A DNA stretch of 64,000 bases, taken from assembly GCA_963719495.1 (NCBI GenBank), contig CAVRCI010000004.1, forward strand, positions 1 through 64,000, read 5' to 3'. The notes under the pieces were generated by a model, which saw only the letters and a program-made list of their open reading frames with translations, had not been told where the DNA came from and did not search any database. This document shows, one piece after another, positions 17,579-27,479 of this stretch. Position 1 is the stretch's first letter. The number at the start of each line of letters is the position of its first letter. A program made the translations under genes and the position numbers. Source of the stretch: an uncultured Verrucomicrobiae bacterium. Lineage in GTDB: Bacteria > Verrucomicrobiota > Verrucomicrobiia > Chthoniobacterales > JAATET01.

Positions 17579-19618
17579 ATGGCCGCTGATTCCCCTTCGT
17601 CGAAGTTCTCCAGACAACTCCACGCGGCGGCGGACTGGGCGGGGAACGTTTTCGAGGACGAGGGGATCAAGCTGACGTTGGGGGGCGAGCCGACTTACGT
17701 TCCGATCGAGCCGGAGGGGGCGGAGTGGTCGCACTCGGCGGTGGGGCCGACGAAGTTGGGCTACGCGCGCGAGATGGCGCTGCGGCTGCTGGCTGGGAGG
17801 ATGAAGGGGGGGGCGTGCTTCTTCAGTCCGGGCAAGCAGTATCCCGGGGAGGTGAATCCGCGTTGGGCGCTGCGGCTGGTCGCGCGGCGGGATGGGAAGG
17901 CGCTCTTTCGCGCGAAGCCGACGAAGCTACCGGTCGACGTGCCGGGTGCGAACAAGGTGATGACCGCGGTGCGGACGGGCCTGGGCGTGAGCGGGAAGTG
18001 GATCGCGTTGAAGGATTCGCGCAAACCGCCGGTGCGGGCGTGGGCGCTGCCGATCGATTTTGAAGACGGCGAGTGGGTCGCGGTCGATTGGAAGCTGAAG
18101 CCGGAGGATCGCATGCTCAACGCGGCGGACGGGCCGGCGGGCCTGCGGCTGCCGCTGCACGCGGTGCCGGTCGACGTGCCGCGGCGGGCCGTGGTGGTGG
18201 AACTGAACAAAGGTCGGCTGCACGTTTTTTTCCCGCCGGTGGTGCAGGATGGATTTTCCAAACTGGTGAAAATTGTCGGTGCCGCGCTGTCCGGTGCGCG
18301 GGTGGGGAATTACGAATTGCAGGGATACGTTCCGCCCGACGAGGGGCTGGAGTGGACGGTGCTCGGGCTCACGGCGGACCCGGGTGTGCTCGAGGTGAAC
18401 ATCCCGGCGTGCGCCTCTTGGGCGGATTACGATTCCTGGCTGGGCGAGCTGACGACGGTCGCGGAGGCGGTCGGGTTGCGCTCCTGGAAAGCGCCGGACG
18501 GGGACTATGAAGGCGGCACGGGCGGGGGGAATCATCTGCTCTGGGGCGGGCCGAGCGTGGAGGAAAATCCGTTCTTTTCGCGGCCCGGCTGGCTGGCCTC
18601 GATCGCGCGCTACTGGCAGGCGCATCCGGCGTTGGCCTACGTTTTCACGGGGACCTACGTCGGCGCTTCATCGCAGGCTCCCCGACCGGACGAGTCGGCG
18701 AAGGCGCTGTTCGATCTCGAAATGGGCTACCGATTTCTCGAGTCGCTGCCGGAGGGCGATCACCGGTCGCTGATCAACGAGACGTTGCGGCATCTGCACA
18801 CGGACGTGACCGGCAACGCGCACCGGTCGGAGTTGAGTCTCGACAAGTTTTGGAATCCCGGTTGGCCGGGCGGGACGCTGGGGTTGCTGGAATTCCGAGC
18901 CGTGGAATCGCTCCCGACCGCCGAGTGGATGTCGGCGGTGGCGCTACTCTGGACCTGCCTCGCGGCACTCAACGCCAAGCGGCCGCTGCGCGGCGAACTC
19001 CGCGCCTGGAACGGCGAGATCCACGACCGCTACTTTCTTCCGAGCCTCATGTGGGCGGACTTGGAAGCCGTCTTGGACGATCTGGCGAGCGAAGGTTGCC
19101 GACTGCCGAAGCCGCTGTATCGCGCGGTTTGGGAGTGGCGATTCACTCGGCTTCTCAAGGTCAAGCGGGCCGAGGGAACTCTCGAAATTCGCCGCGCGCA
19201 CGAGAGTTGGCCGCTGCTCTGCGAGACGCCGGTCGAGGGGGGCTCGACGAGCCGGTTCGTCGATACGTCGATGCACCGCTTCGAAGTGCGCGCCGACTCG
19301 GGCTTTGCCCAAGCTTATGAGATTCGCTTCCTCGGTCGGAAGCTGCCCCTCGCGACGGTCGGCGACGGAGCCGCCGTGGCGGGGCTGCGTTATCGCCGCA
19401 GCTGTCTGTATCCCTGCCTGCACCCGGGAATCGAGCCGCATCTCCCGCTCGATCTGGCCATCGTGCGGAAGGCCGACGGGGAGACCGCGGCGACCTACGA
19501 ACTGGGTGCCGGAGGCACCGTTTTTCTCCGCTCGAAGGCGGTTGATCGAGACGATTGGGGCGCGGATTGCCGGCCGATCGGATTGGGTGCGCTCACCTGT
19601 GATCTGCGCCTGGACTAG
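17579..19618 (+). CDS. DUF2126 putative amidoligase-domain protein
   Basis: LTLGGEPTYV, GKQYPGEVNPRW, DPGVLEVNIP, GTGGGNH, SQAPRPDE, TGNAHRSELSLDKFW, GLLEFRA. Confidence 0.88.
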   Translation: MAADSPSSKFSRQLHAAADWAGNVFEDEGIKLTLGGEPTYVPIEPEGAEWSHSAVGPTKLGYAREMALRLLAGRMKGGACFFSPGKQYPGEVNPRWALRLVARRDGKALFRAKPTKLPVDVPGANKVMTAVRTGLGVSGKWIALKDSRKPPVRAWALPIDFEDGEWVAVDWKLKPEDRMLNAADGPAGLRLPLHAVPVDVPRRAVVVELNKGRLHVFFPPVVQDGFSKLVKIVGAALSGARVGNYELQGYVPPDEGLEWTVLGLTADPGVLEVNIPACASWADYDSWLGELTTVAEAVGLRSWKAPDGDYEGGTGGGNHLLWGGPSVEENPFFSRPGWLASIARYWQAHPALAYVFTGTYVGASSQAPRPDESAKALFDLEMGYRFLESLPEGDHRSLINETLRHLHTDVTGNAHRSELSLDKFWNPGWPGGTLGLLEFRAVESLPTAEWMSAVALLWTCLAALNAKRPLRGELRAWNGEIHDRYFLPSLMWADLEAVLDDLASEGCRLPKPLYRAVWEWRFTRLLKVKRAEGTLEIRRAHESWPLLCETPVEGGSTSRFVDTSMHRFEVRADSGFAQAYEIRFLGRKLPLATVGDGAAVAGLRYRRSCLYPCLHPGIEPHLPLDLAIVRKADGETAATYELGAGGTVFLRSKAVDRDDWGADCRPIGLGALTCDLRLD

Positions 19619-19744
19619 GGCGCCTGGGGGGTTAACCACTCCACCGCGCCGGAATCGAAAAATTGTTGCGATTGCCGCCGAGCGAGCCTAAAGGCAATCC
19701 CTTAAGAATCGTTTTTTTACCGATTCGCTCCACTGCCAGGCCCC

Positions 19745-20475
19745 ACGAAATTCCTCGCTCCCTTCGTCTTTGCAGCCGCCGTCGGCATTCTCGTTTCACT
19801 TTCCGCCAGGCTGAAGTCGTTTTTGCCGACAATTTCGACGTCCCGACTGACAAAGCGGAGGATGACATCAACTTCCAAGTCGAGGCGGGGGTCAGTCCGG
19901 TTGCACGCAGGGATCGCGCTACAACGAGGATATAAGCGGTGGCGAAGCCGGTCTGAGCGGGAACGCCGAGCTCGGCTCGGGCGCTCTGTTGATGCGCGCG
20001 GCCTAAAGCGAAGGCGAGGGGATCGGAGTCACCGTGTAGCTCGCACGCAATCTGGGAGTGGCCGTCGCGGGACGGAAGTCTCACATCCGCTTCAGCGGTG
20101 AGTTCGTCGTCGCCGACGGGGCGGGCGGCGAGCGCCCGGATCTTCTGCTCGCGGTCATGCTGGGTGAGGAAAGCCCCACCCTCCCGACCTCCCCCAACGT
20201 CGATTACGCTGTCCTCCCGCGTCTCACGAAGTCGATCACCCAGTGGAGCGATATGGAGCCGGAGGTCTGGCGGGGCTCGAGCGGAATCATTCGGGGCAAT
20301 GCGTTCACGGTCGACCTCCTCGTGGACGAAACCACCGAGACCGCGACGGCCCAGGCGACGATCAACTCTGGAACGGACGCCGAGATCACGGCCCCGGCTT
20401 TCGAGTTCGACTTCGAAGGCGGCAAGGCCGGTGCCCGGGGTGGCGAAGACGGCGCGAGCGCCGAGTTCTGGGTCG
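19745..20475 (+). pseudogene. Decayed gene for a secreted protein
   Basis: Reconstructed (T/M)KFLAPFVFAAAVGILVSLSA|QAEVVFADNFD…|GQSG…; ACG in place of the start codon, two frameshifts, TAA and TAG stops, then continues in the frame of ORF 20058-20495. Confidence 0.6.
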
Positions 20476-20710
20476 ACGAAAGCACAAGTGCCTGAATCTT
20501 CGGATTGGCCGGATCGATCTTCGTCAGCAGGGGCAACCCAAAAGCCGCCGTCTTCCCGGTCCCCGTCTGCGCCTGAGCGACCAAATCCCCGCCATCCCGG
20601 ATGAGAAACGGAATCGCGCTACTCTGAATCGAAGTCGGCTCCGAGATCGCCAGAGCCTCCAGCCCACGAACGAGATTCCCTAGAATACCAAGTTTGGAAA
20701 AATCAGACAT
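20458..20710 (-). pseudogene. 5' fragment of a DEAD-box RNA helicase
   Basis: MSDFSKLGI…EPTSIQSSAIP (Q-motif), AQAQTGTGKTAAFGLPLL (motif I), IQALVLS; homology ends at motif Ia. Confidence 0.88.
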
Positions 20711-20960
20711 TACCCCACACCCCACACCCTGCACACCCCCACCCAACCCGATGAGCAGCGAAATCCGGCGAAGCCGCCCCCCCCGGAGCGCAAGGCTCCC
20801 GCCGAGCCCAGTCCAAACTCACCCAGCTCCGCACCGAACACCAGGTCCTCAACTCCCAAAAGTCCCAGATAGGGACCCCAACCCATCCTCGATCGACATC
20901 CGTAAGCCGAATCATTCACGGATCCAAATATGTCAATATGAATGACCGACCCCTACGCTG

Positions 20961-21284
20961 TCCGTCGGATGTAACCGCTTTTCGGCCACAATCAGCCGCT
21001 CCACCGCTTCTTCTGTCCTGCTCGTCACCGTCTTCGGGGCCCGGCTCCAATCCTCTAGTCCGCCCATCCCGTGGGCCTCGTATCGCGCCTTCCACTTGTG
21101 ACCCGTCTTGCGCGAGATGCCGAAACTTTCGCTCAGCTCCACCATCGTGAACCGGTCGCTCGTCAGCAAACTTACAAATCTCTGTTTCTGTTCCATCGGT
21201 GACTCGTTTTGCCAGGGCATTCACCACCCTGAACTGTCACCCATGTCCTCGGTCAATCTGTCACCTATGTCCTCGGTTCATACC
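20961..21284 (-). mobile_element. IS481-family remnant: left end and N-terminal transposase fragment (ATG 21220)
   Basis: MPWQNESPMEQKQRFV…FGISRKTGHKWKARY…GLEDWSRAP; the end carries two ACCGAGGACAT(A/G)GGTGACAG repeats. Confidence 0.85.
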
Positions 21285-21422
21285 GACCGACCCCTACGCT
21301 GACCCCTACGCGACCCCCTACGCAGGTGCGACCGCTCCGTAAGTGGGGGATGCTTAGGATTTTTGGCGGATCGAGGGAATCGCTTTCCCCCGATTGATTT
21401 TCCACTAAGGTCCCGCGCCAAC

Positions 21423-22376
21423 GTGGGCGTCCTCCTTTCCAATTTTCTGTCGCCCATCCTGCTGGCTTTCGTGCTCGGTGCCATTGCCGCGTTCCTTCAC
21501 AGCGACCTTCGGCTGCCCGAGCAGATCTACGGCGGTCTCTCGATCTACCTGCTTCTGGCCATCGGCCTGAAGGGGGGCATCGCTCTCAGCGAGACTCCGT
21601 TCGCCGATTTCATCTGGCCCGCCGTGGCCACGGTGGGTCTGGGCATCCTCACTCCGATGATCGCCTACGGTGCCTTTCGGATGCTGGGCCGGATGCCGCT
21701 CACCGACTCCGCCGCGCTGGCCGCTCACTACGGCTCGGTCTCCGCCGTCACGTTCATCGCCGCGGTCGGATTCGCGACGGCCTCGCGGGTGAGTCCCGAG
21801 GGGTTTCTCCCCGCCCTCGTCGCCATCCTCGAGGTGCCGGGCATCATCATCGCGCTCATGATCGCGCAGCTCGGCAGTGGTGCTGGCGGCTCGTGGAAAA
21901 AAGCGCTGCACGAGGTCCTCACCGGCAAGAGCATCATTCTGCTCATCGGAGGACTCGTCATCGGGCTCGTCGCCGGGGCGGAGCGGATGGAGAAGGTCAC
22001 CCCGTTTTTCGTGACGCTTTTTCAGGGTGCCCTCGTTCTCTTCATGATCGAACTCGGTGGCCTCGCCGCGCGGCGCATCGCCGAATTGCGGTCCGCCGGA
22101 TTCTCCTTCGTCGCGCTCTGCGTCGTGATTCCCATCGTGAACGGCAGTCTGGGAGTCTGGTTCGGCACGCTCGCGGGTCTGAGCCCCGGGGGAGCCGCCG
22201 TTCTGGGAGCGATGTCCGGCAGCGCCTCCTACATCGCCGCCCCCGCCGCCGTCCGGATCGCGCTGCCGCACGCGAACCCGGCCATTTACCTGACCGCGTC
22301 CCTCGGCATCACCTTTCCGTTCAACCTCACGCTCGGCATCCCGCTTTACCTCGAACTCGCCAGCCGACTCGCCTAG
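21423..22376 (+). CDS. sbtA: Sodium-dependent bicarbonate transporter family permease (SbtA/DUF897)
   Basis: SIYLLLAIGLKGG, AAHYGSVSAVTF, SASYIAAPAA, SLGITFPFN. Confidence 0.92.
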   Translation: MGVLLSNFLSPILLAFVLGAIAAFLHSDLRLPEQIYGGLSIYLLLAIGLKGGIALSETPFADFIWPAVATVGLGILTPMIAYGAFRMLGRMPLTDSAALAAHYGSVSAVTFIAAVGFATASRVSPEGFLPALVAILEVPGIIIALMIAQLGSGAGGSWKKALHEVLTGKSIILLIGGLVIGLVAGAERMEKVTPFFVTLFQGALVLFMIELGGLAARRIAELRSAGFSFVALCVVIPIVNGSLGVWFGTLAGLSPGGAAVLGAMSGSASYIAAPAAVRIALPHANPAIYLTASLGITFPFNLTLGIPLYLELASRLA

Positions 22377-22450
22377 CGCCCATTTGGCTTCGCCCGTCTC
22401 CGCTCCGCTCCGGCTCTCATTCCCAGTTTCGAATTTCAAATTCCACAGAA

Positions 22451-22753
22451 ATGCCCACCGTTCCCCGCAAGCTCGTCACCATCATCGCCGACCGACTTTG
22501 GATCGACGAAATCACGGCAAAAATCCTCGAGCTGGGTGCCACCGGCTACACCGTGACCGAGGCGCATGGCCAGGGCAGCCGGGGGCTGCGGCCGCTGGAT
22601 TGGGAGGGGGCCAACGTGCGGATCGAAGTCATCACCGGGCCCAGGACAGCGGGCCAGATCATCGACCACGTCGCCGAGACCTACTTTGACCGTCCGGGGT
22701 TCATCACGTTCCTGCAGGACATCGAGGTCGTCCGCGGCGACAAGTACGTTTAG
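22451..22753 (+). CDS. sbtB: PII-like regulator (SbtB)
   Basis: KLVTII…GATGYTV…GQGSRG…NVRIEVI…VVRGDKY, directly downstream of sbtA. Confidence 0.85.
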   Translation: MPTVPRKLVTIIADRLWIDEITAKILELGATGYTVTEAHGQGSRGLRPLDWEGANVRIEVITGPRTAGQIIDHVAETYFDRPGFITFLQDIEVVRGDKYV

Positions 22754-22859
22754 GGAGAGCCTCCGCCGCTTCGAATCCCGGGACCGCGTCGAAGGTCAGC
22801 CTCGGAGCGGACGGCAAACCGATCACCTCGAGCGGCGGCCGTGGCACCGCCGCGCCGGA

Positions 22860-23549
22860 TCAGGGCAGTGGGGTCGGGGCGGCGTCGAACGTCACTTCGG
22901 GATCCTGGCGGGCGAGGATGGTCTGGATGCGGCGTTGGGCGGAGTCGCTGGCGGCGGGGAGGAGGTCGGAGTCGTGGGCGTGGAGGACGGCGCGGTCGCG
23001 GAGGTGGCGGATGGCGGCTTCGCGGTCTTCGGCGGTGAGTTGGTTGATCCAACCGTCCTGGTCGCGGAGGATGCGGAGGTCGGTGAGATCGACGGAGAGG
23101 ATCTCGGCGGGTGGGAGGTCGGCTTCGATCTCGCGGGTGTCGGGGTCGACGCGGATGACGAAGGGCTTGGTGAGATCGAGTCCGGCGCGGAGCGTGAAAT
23201 CGCCCGCGACGGTGATCTGCTTCGTGCTGCCGAGCCAGGTGTGCTTCCAGGTGTAGGTCTCGGTGATGGGGCGTTCGAGGGTGATGAGCTTGGCGGCTTC
23301 GGCGTCCTGACGAACGATGGTCTGGGAGTCGACGATGATGGTGGGTTGGAATTGGAGGGCTTCGCCGATGTCGGACGCGATCTCGCGGGCGATGCCGAGG
23401 GAGCGCTCGGCGGCGGTGGCGGGGGTCTCGACGACGAACCAGCGGACGAGGAGGGTGACGGCGACGAGGATCGAGATCGCGCAGGCGGTGGCGACGAGAA
23501 CGAAGCGGGTGGCGCTGGCGTTGGGGCGCTGGTGGACGTAGCGGGGCAT
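22860..23549 (-). CDS. DUF4230-like membrane-anchored protein
   Basis: N-terminal TM helix; RAGLDL, LPPAEILSV motifs. Confidence 0.7.
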   Translation of the reverse strand: MPRYVHQRPNASATRFVLVATACAISILVAVTLLVRWFVVETPATAAERSLGIAREIASDIGEALQFQPTIIVDSQTIVRQDAEAAKLITLERPITETYTWKHTWLGSTKQITVAGDFTLRAGLDLTKPFVIRVDPDTREIEADLPPAEILSVDLTDLRILRDQDGWINQLTAEDREAAIRHLRDRAVLHAHDSDLLPAASDSAQRRIQTILARQDPEVTFDAAPTPLP

Positions 23550-23650
23550 ATCTTGAAAGGAAAATAGCGTGACGAAAGGATAATGCGAACTTCGGCGGCT
23601 GGAAGCCGCCGCTCCTTGAATTATCTGTTTTGGCCCCTAGGCTCGCAGGG

Positions 23651-24595
23651 ATGAACGTTGTTGTGACCGGGGGTGCGGGATTTATTGGGTCGCACGTGGT
23701 GCGGAAGTTGGTCGCGGATGGACACTCGGTGAGCGTGATCGATTGTTTCAGCGATTTTTACGATCCGGCGATCAAGCACGCGAACCTCGCGGGGGTCGAG
23801 GGCGTGACGATTCACGACGTGAGCATCGAGAATTTTGGCGAGGTGAACGCGATCTTTTCGCGGGGTGAGTTCGAGGTCGTCGTCCATCTGGCGGCGCGGG
23901 CGGGTGTGCGGCCTTCGATCGCGAATCCGCGGGCTTACATCGATACGAACGTGACGGGGACCTACAATCTGCTCGAGGCGGCGCGGGCGGCGGAGGTGCG
24001 GAAGTTCGTTTTTGCTTCGAGTTCGTCGGTCTACGGGTTGGCGGAGACGGTGCCTTTTTCCGAGGATCTGGCGCTGCCGCAGACTTTGTCGCCCTACGCG
24101 GCGACGAAGCTGGCGGGGGAGCATTTGTGCGGGAACTTTGCGAATCTGTTTGGGTTGTCGGCGGTTTGTTTGCGGTTCTTCACCGTTTACGGTCCGGGTC
24201 AGCGGCCGGACCTGGCGATTCATAAGTTTACGCGGATGATCGACGAGGGGCGGGCGATTCCGAAGTTCGGCGATGGCGAGACGCGGCGGGATTACACCTA
24301 CGTGGACGACATCCTGCAGGGTGTGATTGGGGCGATGTCGTATGACGCGAAGACGTTCGATATTTTCAATCTGGGCGAGAGCGAGACGACGACGCTCAAC
24401 GAGTTGATCGTGGCGATCGAGTCGGCGCTGGGGAAAGCGGCGCGGATCGAGCAGATGCCGGAGCAGGCGGGCGACATGCCGCTCACGTGTGCGGACATTT
24501 CGAAGGCGCGGCGGCTGCTGGGATACGATCCGCGGACGAAAATCGCGGAGGGGATTCCGAAGTTCGTGGAATGGTATCGGGGAGTGCGGGGATGA
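23651..24595 (+). CDS. NAD-dependent epimerase/dehydratase (UDP-glucuronate 4-epimerase-like)
   Basis: TGGAGFIGSH, HLAARAGVRPS, ASSSSVYG, YAATK, RFFTVYGP. Confidence 0.92.
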   Translation: MNVVVTGGAGFIGSHVVRKLVADGHSVSVIDCFSDFYDPAIKHANLAGVEGVTIHDVSIENFGEVNAIFSRGEFEVVVHLAARAGVRPSIANPRAYIDTNVTGTYNLLEAARAAEVRKFVFASSSSVYGLAETVPFSEDLALPQTLSPYAATKLAGEHLCGNFANLFGLSAVCLRFFTVYGPGQRPDLAIHKFTRMIDEGRAIPKFGDGETRRDYTYVDDILQGVIGAMSYDAKTFDIFNLGESETTTLNELIVAIESALGKAARIEQMPEQAGDMPLTCADISKARRLLGYDPRTKIAEGIPKFVEWYRGVRG

Positions 24596-25698
24596 TGCCG
24601 GCGAGTGTCGTCGAGTTGTTGCGGGAGCTGATCCGGATCCCGAGCGTGAATCCGGACGGGGATCCAGGGACGGATGGGGTCGGCGAGCAGGCGGTGGCCG
24701 GGTATTTGGCGGAATTGCTGGGGTCGCTGGGGGCGGAGGTCGAGCTGCGCGAGGTCGAGCCGGGGAGGCCGAACCTGTTGGCGCGCTTCCCGGGCGGCGC
24801 GGGAAAGCCGCGGCTGCTGCTGGCTCCGCACACGGATACGGTGAGCGTGAAGGGGATGTCGATCGACCCATTTGCGGCGGAGGTGCGGGATGGACGGGTG
24901 TGGGGTCGGGGGGCGTCGGATACGAAGGGGTCGATCGCGGCAATGGTGTGGGCGCTGGGTGCGTGTGGAGCGGGGCGGCTGGGTGGGCTGTCGCACGAGA
25001 TCTGGTTCGCGGGTTTGATGGGGGAGGAGGCGGGTCTGCAGGGGTCGGCGGCGTTGGCGGCGGAGGAGGACTTTGATTTTGTGATCGCGGGGGAGCCAAC
25101 GGATTTGCGGGTGGTGAATGCGACCAAGGGTTGCGCGTGGGCGACGTTGCGGACGACGGGGAGGGCGGTGCATGCTTCGATGCCGGAGGGGGGAACGAAC
25201 GCGATTTATCAGATGGCGGACGTGGTGCGGTTTTTGCGGGATGAGGTGGCGGGGGAACTCGCGGAAATGGTCGATCCGGTGCTGGGTGCGCCGACGCTGA
25301 GCGTGGGGGTGATCAACGGCGGGTCGAAGGCGAACATCGTGCCGGACGCGTGTGAGCTGCGGGTGGATTTCCGGACGGTGCCGGGTCAGTCGTTGGACGG
25401 GGTGTTCGAGCGGATTCGGGCGATGCGACCGGAGATTGGGGTGGAGACCTACGCGGCGGGGCCGATGGCCACGGACGCGGGGCACCCGGTGATCGGGACT
25501 TTGCGGTCGCTTGGTGCGGAGTGCGTGGGGGCTCCGTGGTTCTGTGATGGGGCGAACTTTGCGGCGCGGGGGGTGCCGGCGGTGGCGATCGGGCCGGGGT
25601 CGATCGCGCAGGCGCACACGGAGAATGAGTTTATCGCGGTGGCTGATCTGGAGGGTGGCGCGGAGTTTTTTGAGCGGTTTTTGCGGGGATTGGGGTGA
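24592..25698 (+). CDS. M20 metallopeptidase (ArgE/DapE family)
   Basis: HTDTV, GRGASDTKG, GEE, GEPT, GPGSIAQAHTENE. Confidence 0.9.
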   Translation: MMPASVVELLRELIRIPSVNPDGDPGTDGVGEQAVAGYLAELLGSLGAEVELREVEPGRPNLLARFPGGAGKPRLLLAPHTDTVSVKGMSIDPFAAEVRDGRVWGRGASDTKGSIAAMVWALGACGAGRLGGLSHEIWFAGLMGEEAGLQGSAALAAEEDFDFVIAGEPTDLRVVNATKGCAWATLRTTGRAVHASMPEGGTNAIYQMADVVRFLRDEVAGELAEMVDPVLGAPTLSVGVINGGSKANIVPDACELRVDFRTVPGQSLDGVFERIRAMRPEIGVETYAAGPMATDAGHPVIGTLRSLGAECVGAPWFCDGANFAARGVPAVAIGPGSIAQAHTENEFIAVADLEGGAEFFERFLRGLG

Positions 25699-25901
25699 GG
25701 GGCTGGTGATTGGTGACTTGTGAATGGTGATTGGTGGGGTGGGTTTGGCGCTTTTTTGGTGGGGCGGTGTGGGTTGGTTGGTTGGGTGTTTTTTGAGTGT
25801 AAGCCAGAGATGCTTCGCTTTGCTCAGCATGACAGGATGGGGGGGATGGCTTGCCGGGAGGCTCGCGCTGTGGCGGGTGGGCGTGATATTTGTTCTTCTT
25901 T

Positions 25902-27416
25902 ATGAGTGATAAGAGTGCGATTTCGCCGCGGCGGGGTGAGGATTTTCCGGAGTGGTATCAGCAGGTGATCAAGGCGGCGGATCTGGCCGAGAATTCCGAG
26001 GTGCGGGGTTGCATGGTGATCAAGCCGTGGGGTTATGCCCTGTGGGAGCGGATGCAGGCGGTGCTGGATGGGATGTTCAAGGCGACGGGGCACAAGAACG
26101 CTTATTTCCCGCTCTTCATTCCGCTGTCGCATCTGCAGAAGGAGGCGGATCACGTCGAGGGGTTTGCGACGGAGTGCGCGGTGGTCACCCATCACCGGCT
26201 GGAGAAGAATGCGGAGGGAAAACTGGCACCGGCGGGGGAGCTGGCGGAGCCGCTCGTGGTGCGGCCGACGAGTGAGACGATCATCGGGGCGACCTACGCG
26301 AAGTGGGTGAATTCCTACCGCGATCTGCCGATCCTGATCAACCAGTGGGCCAACGTGGTGCGTTGGGAAATGCGGCCGCGGTTGTTTTTGAGGACGGCGG
26401 AATTCTTGTGGCAGGAGGGGCACACGGCGCACGAGACCGAAGTCGAGGCGGTGGAGGAGACTGAGCGGATGTTGGGCGTTTACGAGGAATTCTCGCGGGA
26501 GTATCTGGCCGTGCCGGTGCTGACGGGCGAGAAGAGCGAGAGCGAGCGTTTCCCTGGGGCGGTGCGAACGCTGTGCATCGAGGCGATGGTGCAGGATCGG
26601 AAGGCGATCCAGGCGGGGACGTCGCATTTCCTGGGTCAGAATTTCGCGCGGGCGGCGGGGATTTCCTTCCAGGGTCGGGACGGGCAGGTGGCGAACGCGT
26701 GGACGACGAGCTGGGGCGTGAGCACGCGGTTGATCGGGACGTTGATCATGGCGCACGGCGACGACGACGGGGTGATCTTCCCGCCGCGAATCTCGCCGAG
26801 TCACGCGGTGATCATTCCGATCACGCCGAAGGAGGAGACCCGGGACGCGGTGATCAAGGCCGCCGAGGATCTGGCGGCGGCGTTGCGCACGCGGACCTAC
26901 GCCGGCGAGCCTTTGCGGATCGAGATCGACACGCGGGACATCGGCGGCGGGACGAAGAGCTGGGATTGGATCAAGCGAGGGATTCCGACGCGGATCGAGA
27001 TCGGGCCTCGCGATTTGGAGAAGGGAACGGTCGCGCTGGGGCGGCGCGACAAGGGGCCGAAGGACAAGGAATTCGTCGCGCAGGCCGACCTCGCGGCCAG
27101 GCTGCCGGTGGTCCTCGAAGAAATTCAATCGACGCTGCTCGAGCGGGCCACGGCTTTTCGCGACGAGAACACGCGGGTGATCGAGTCGCGCGATGAGTTC
27201 TACGAATACTTCACGGCGAGGAACGCGGAAAAACCCGAGATTCACGCCGGGTTTGCGCTGGCGCATTGGAATGGTTCGGCGGAAGTCGAGGCGCAGATCA
27301 AGGCGGATCTCAAGGTGACGATTCGGTGCATTCCGTTCGGGGAAAACGAGGTTGGGGTGTGTCCGTTCACGGGGCAGCCGAGCGCGAAGCGGGTTGTCTG
27401 GGCGAAATCCTACTGA
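25902..27416 (+). CDS. proS: Proline--tRNA ligase (eukaryote/archaeal type)
   Basis: VRPTSET, QWANVVRWEMRPRLFLRTAEFLWQEGHT, QAGTSHFLGQNF, TSWGVSTR, C-terminal AKSY. Confidence 0.97.
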   Translation: MSDKSAISPRRGEDFPEWYQQVIKAADLAENSEVRGCMVIKPWGYALWERMQAVLDGMFKATGHKNAYFPLFIPLSHLQKEADHVEGFATECAVVTHHRLEKNAEGKLAPAGELAEPLVVRPTSETIIGATYAKWVNSYRDLPILINQWANVVRWEMRPRLFLRTAEFLWQEGHTAHETEVEAVEETERMLGVYEEFSREYLAVPVLTGEKSESERFPGAVRTLCIEAMVQDRKAIQAGTSHFLGQNFARAAGISFQGRDGQVANAWTTSWGVSTRLIGTLIMAHGDDDGVIFPPRISPSHAVIIPITPKEETRDAVIKAAEDLAAALRTRTYAGEPLRIEIDTRDIGGGTKSWDWIKRGIPTRIEIGPRDLEKGTVALGRRDKGPKDKEFVAQADLAARLPVVLEEIQSTLLERATAFRDENTRVIESRDEFYEYFTARNAEKPEIHAGFALAHWNGSAEVEAQIKADLKVTIRCIPFGENEVGVCPFTGQPSAKRVVWAKSY

Positions 27417-27479
27417 GACGGGCGCGACGCCATCGATTGCTTGATCGATAGCGGGCGGTCGACCAGCATCCGGCCCGAT

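Noticed and set aside
20204..20746. Intact 180-aa DEAD-box protein
   Set aside because: Homology ends at motif Ia; the remainder is antisense to the neighbouring pseudogene.
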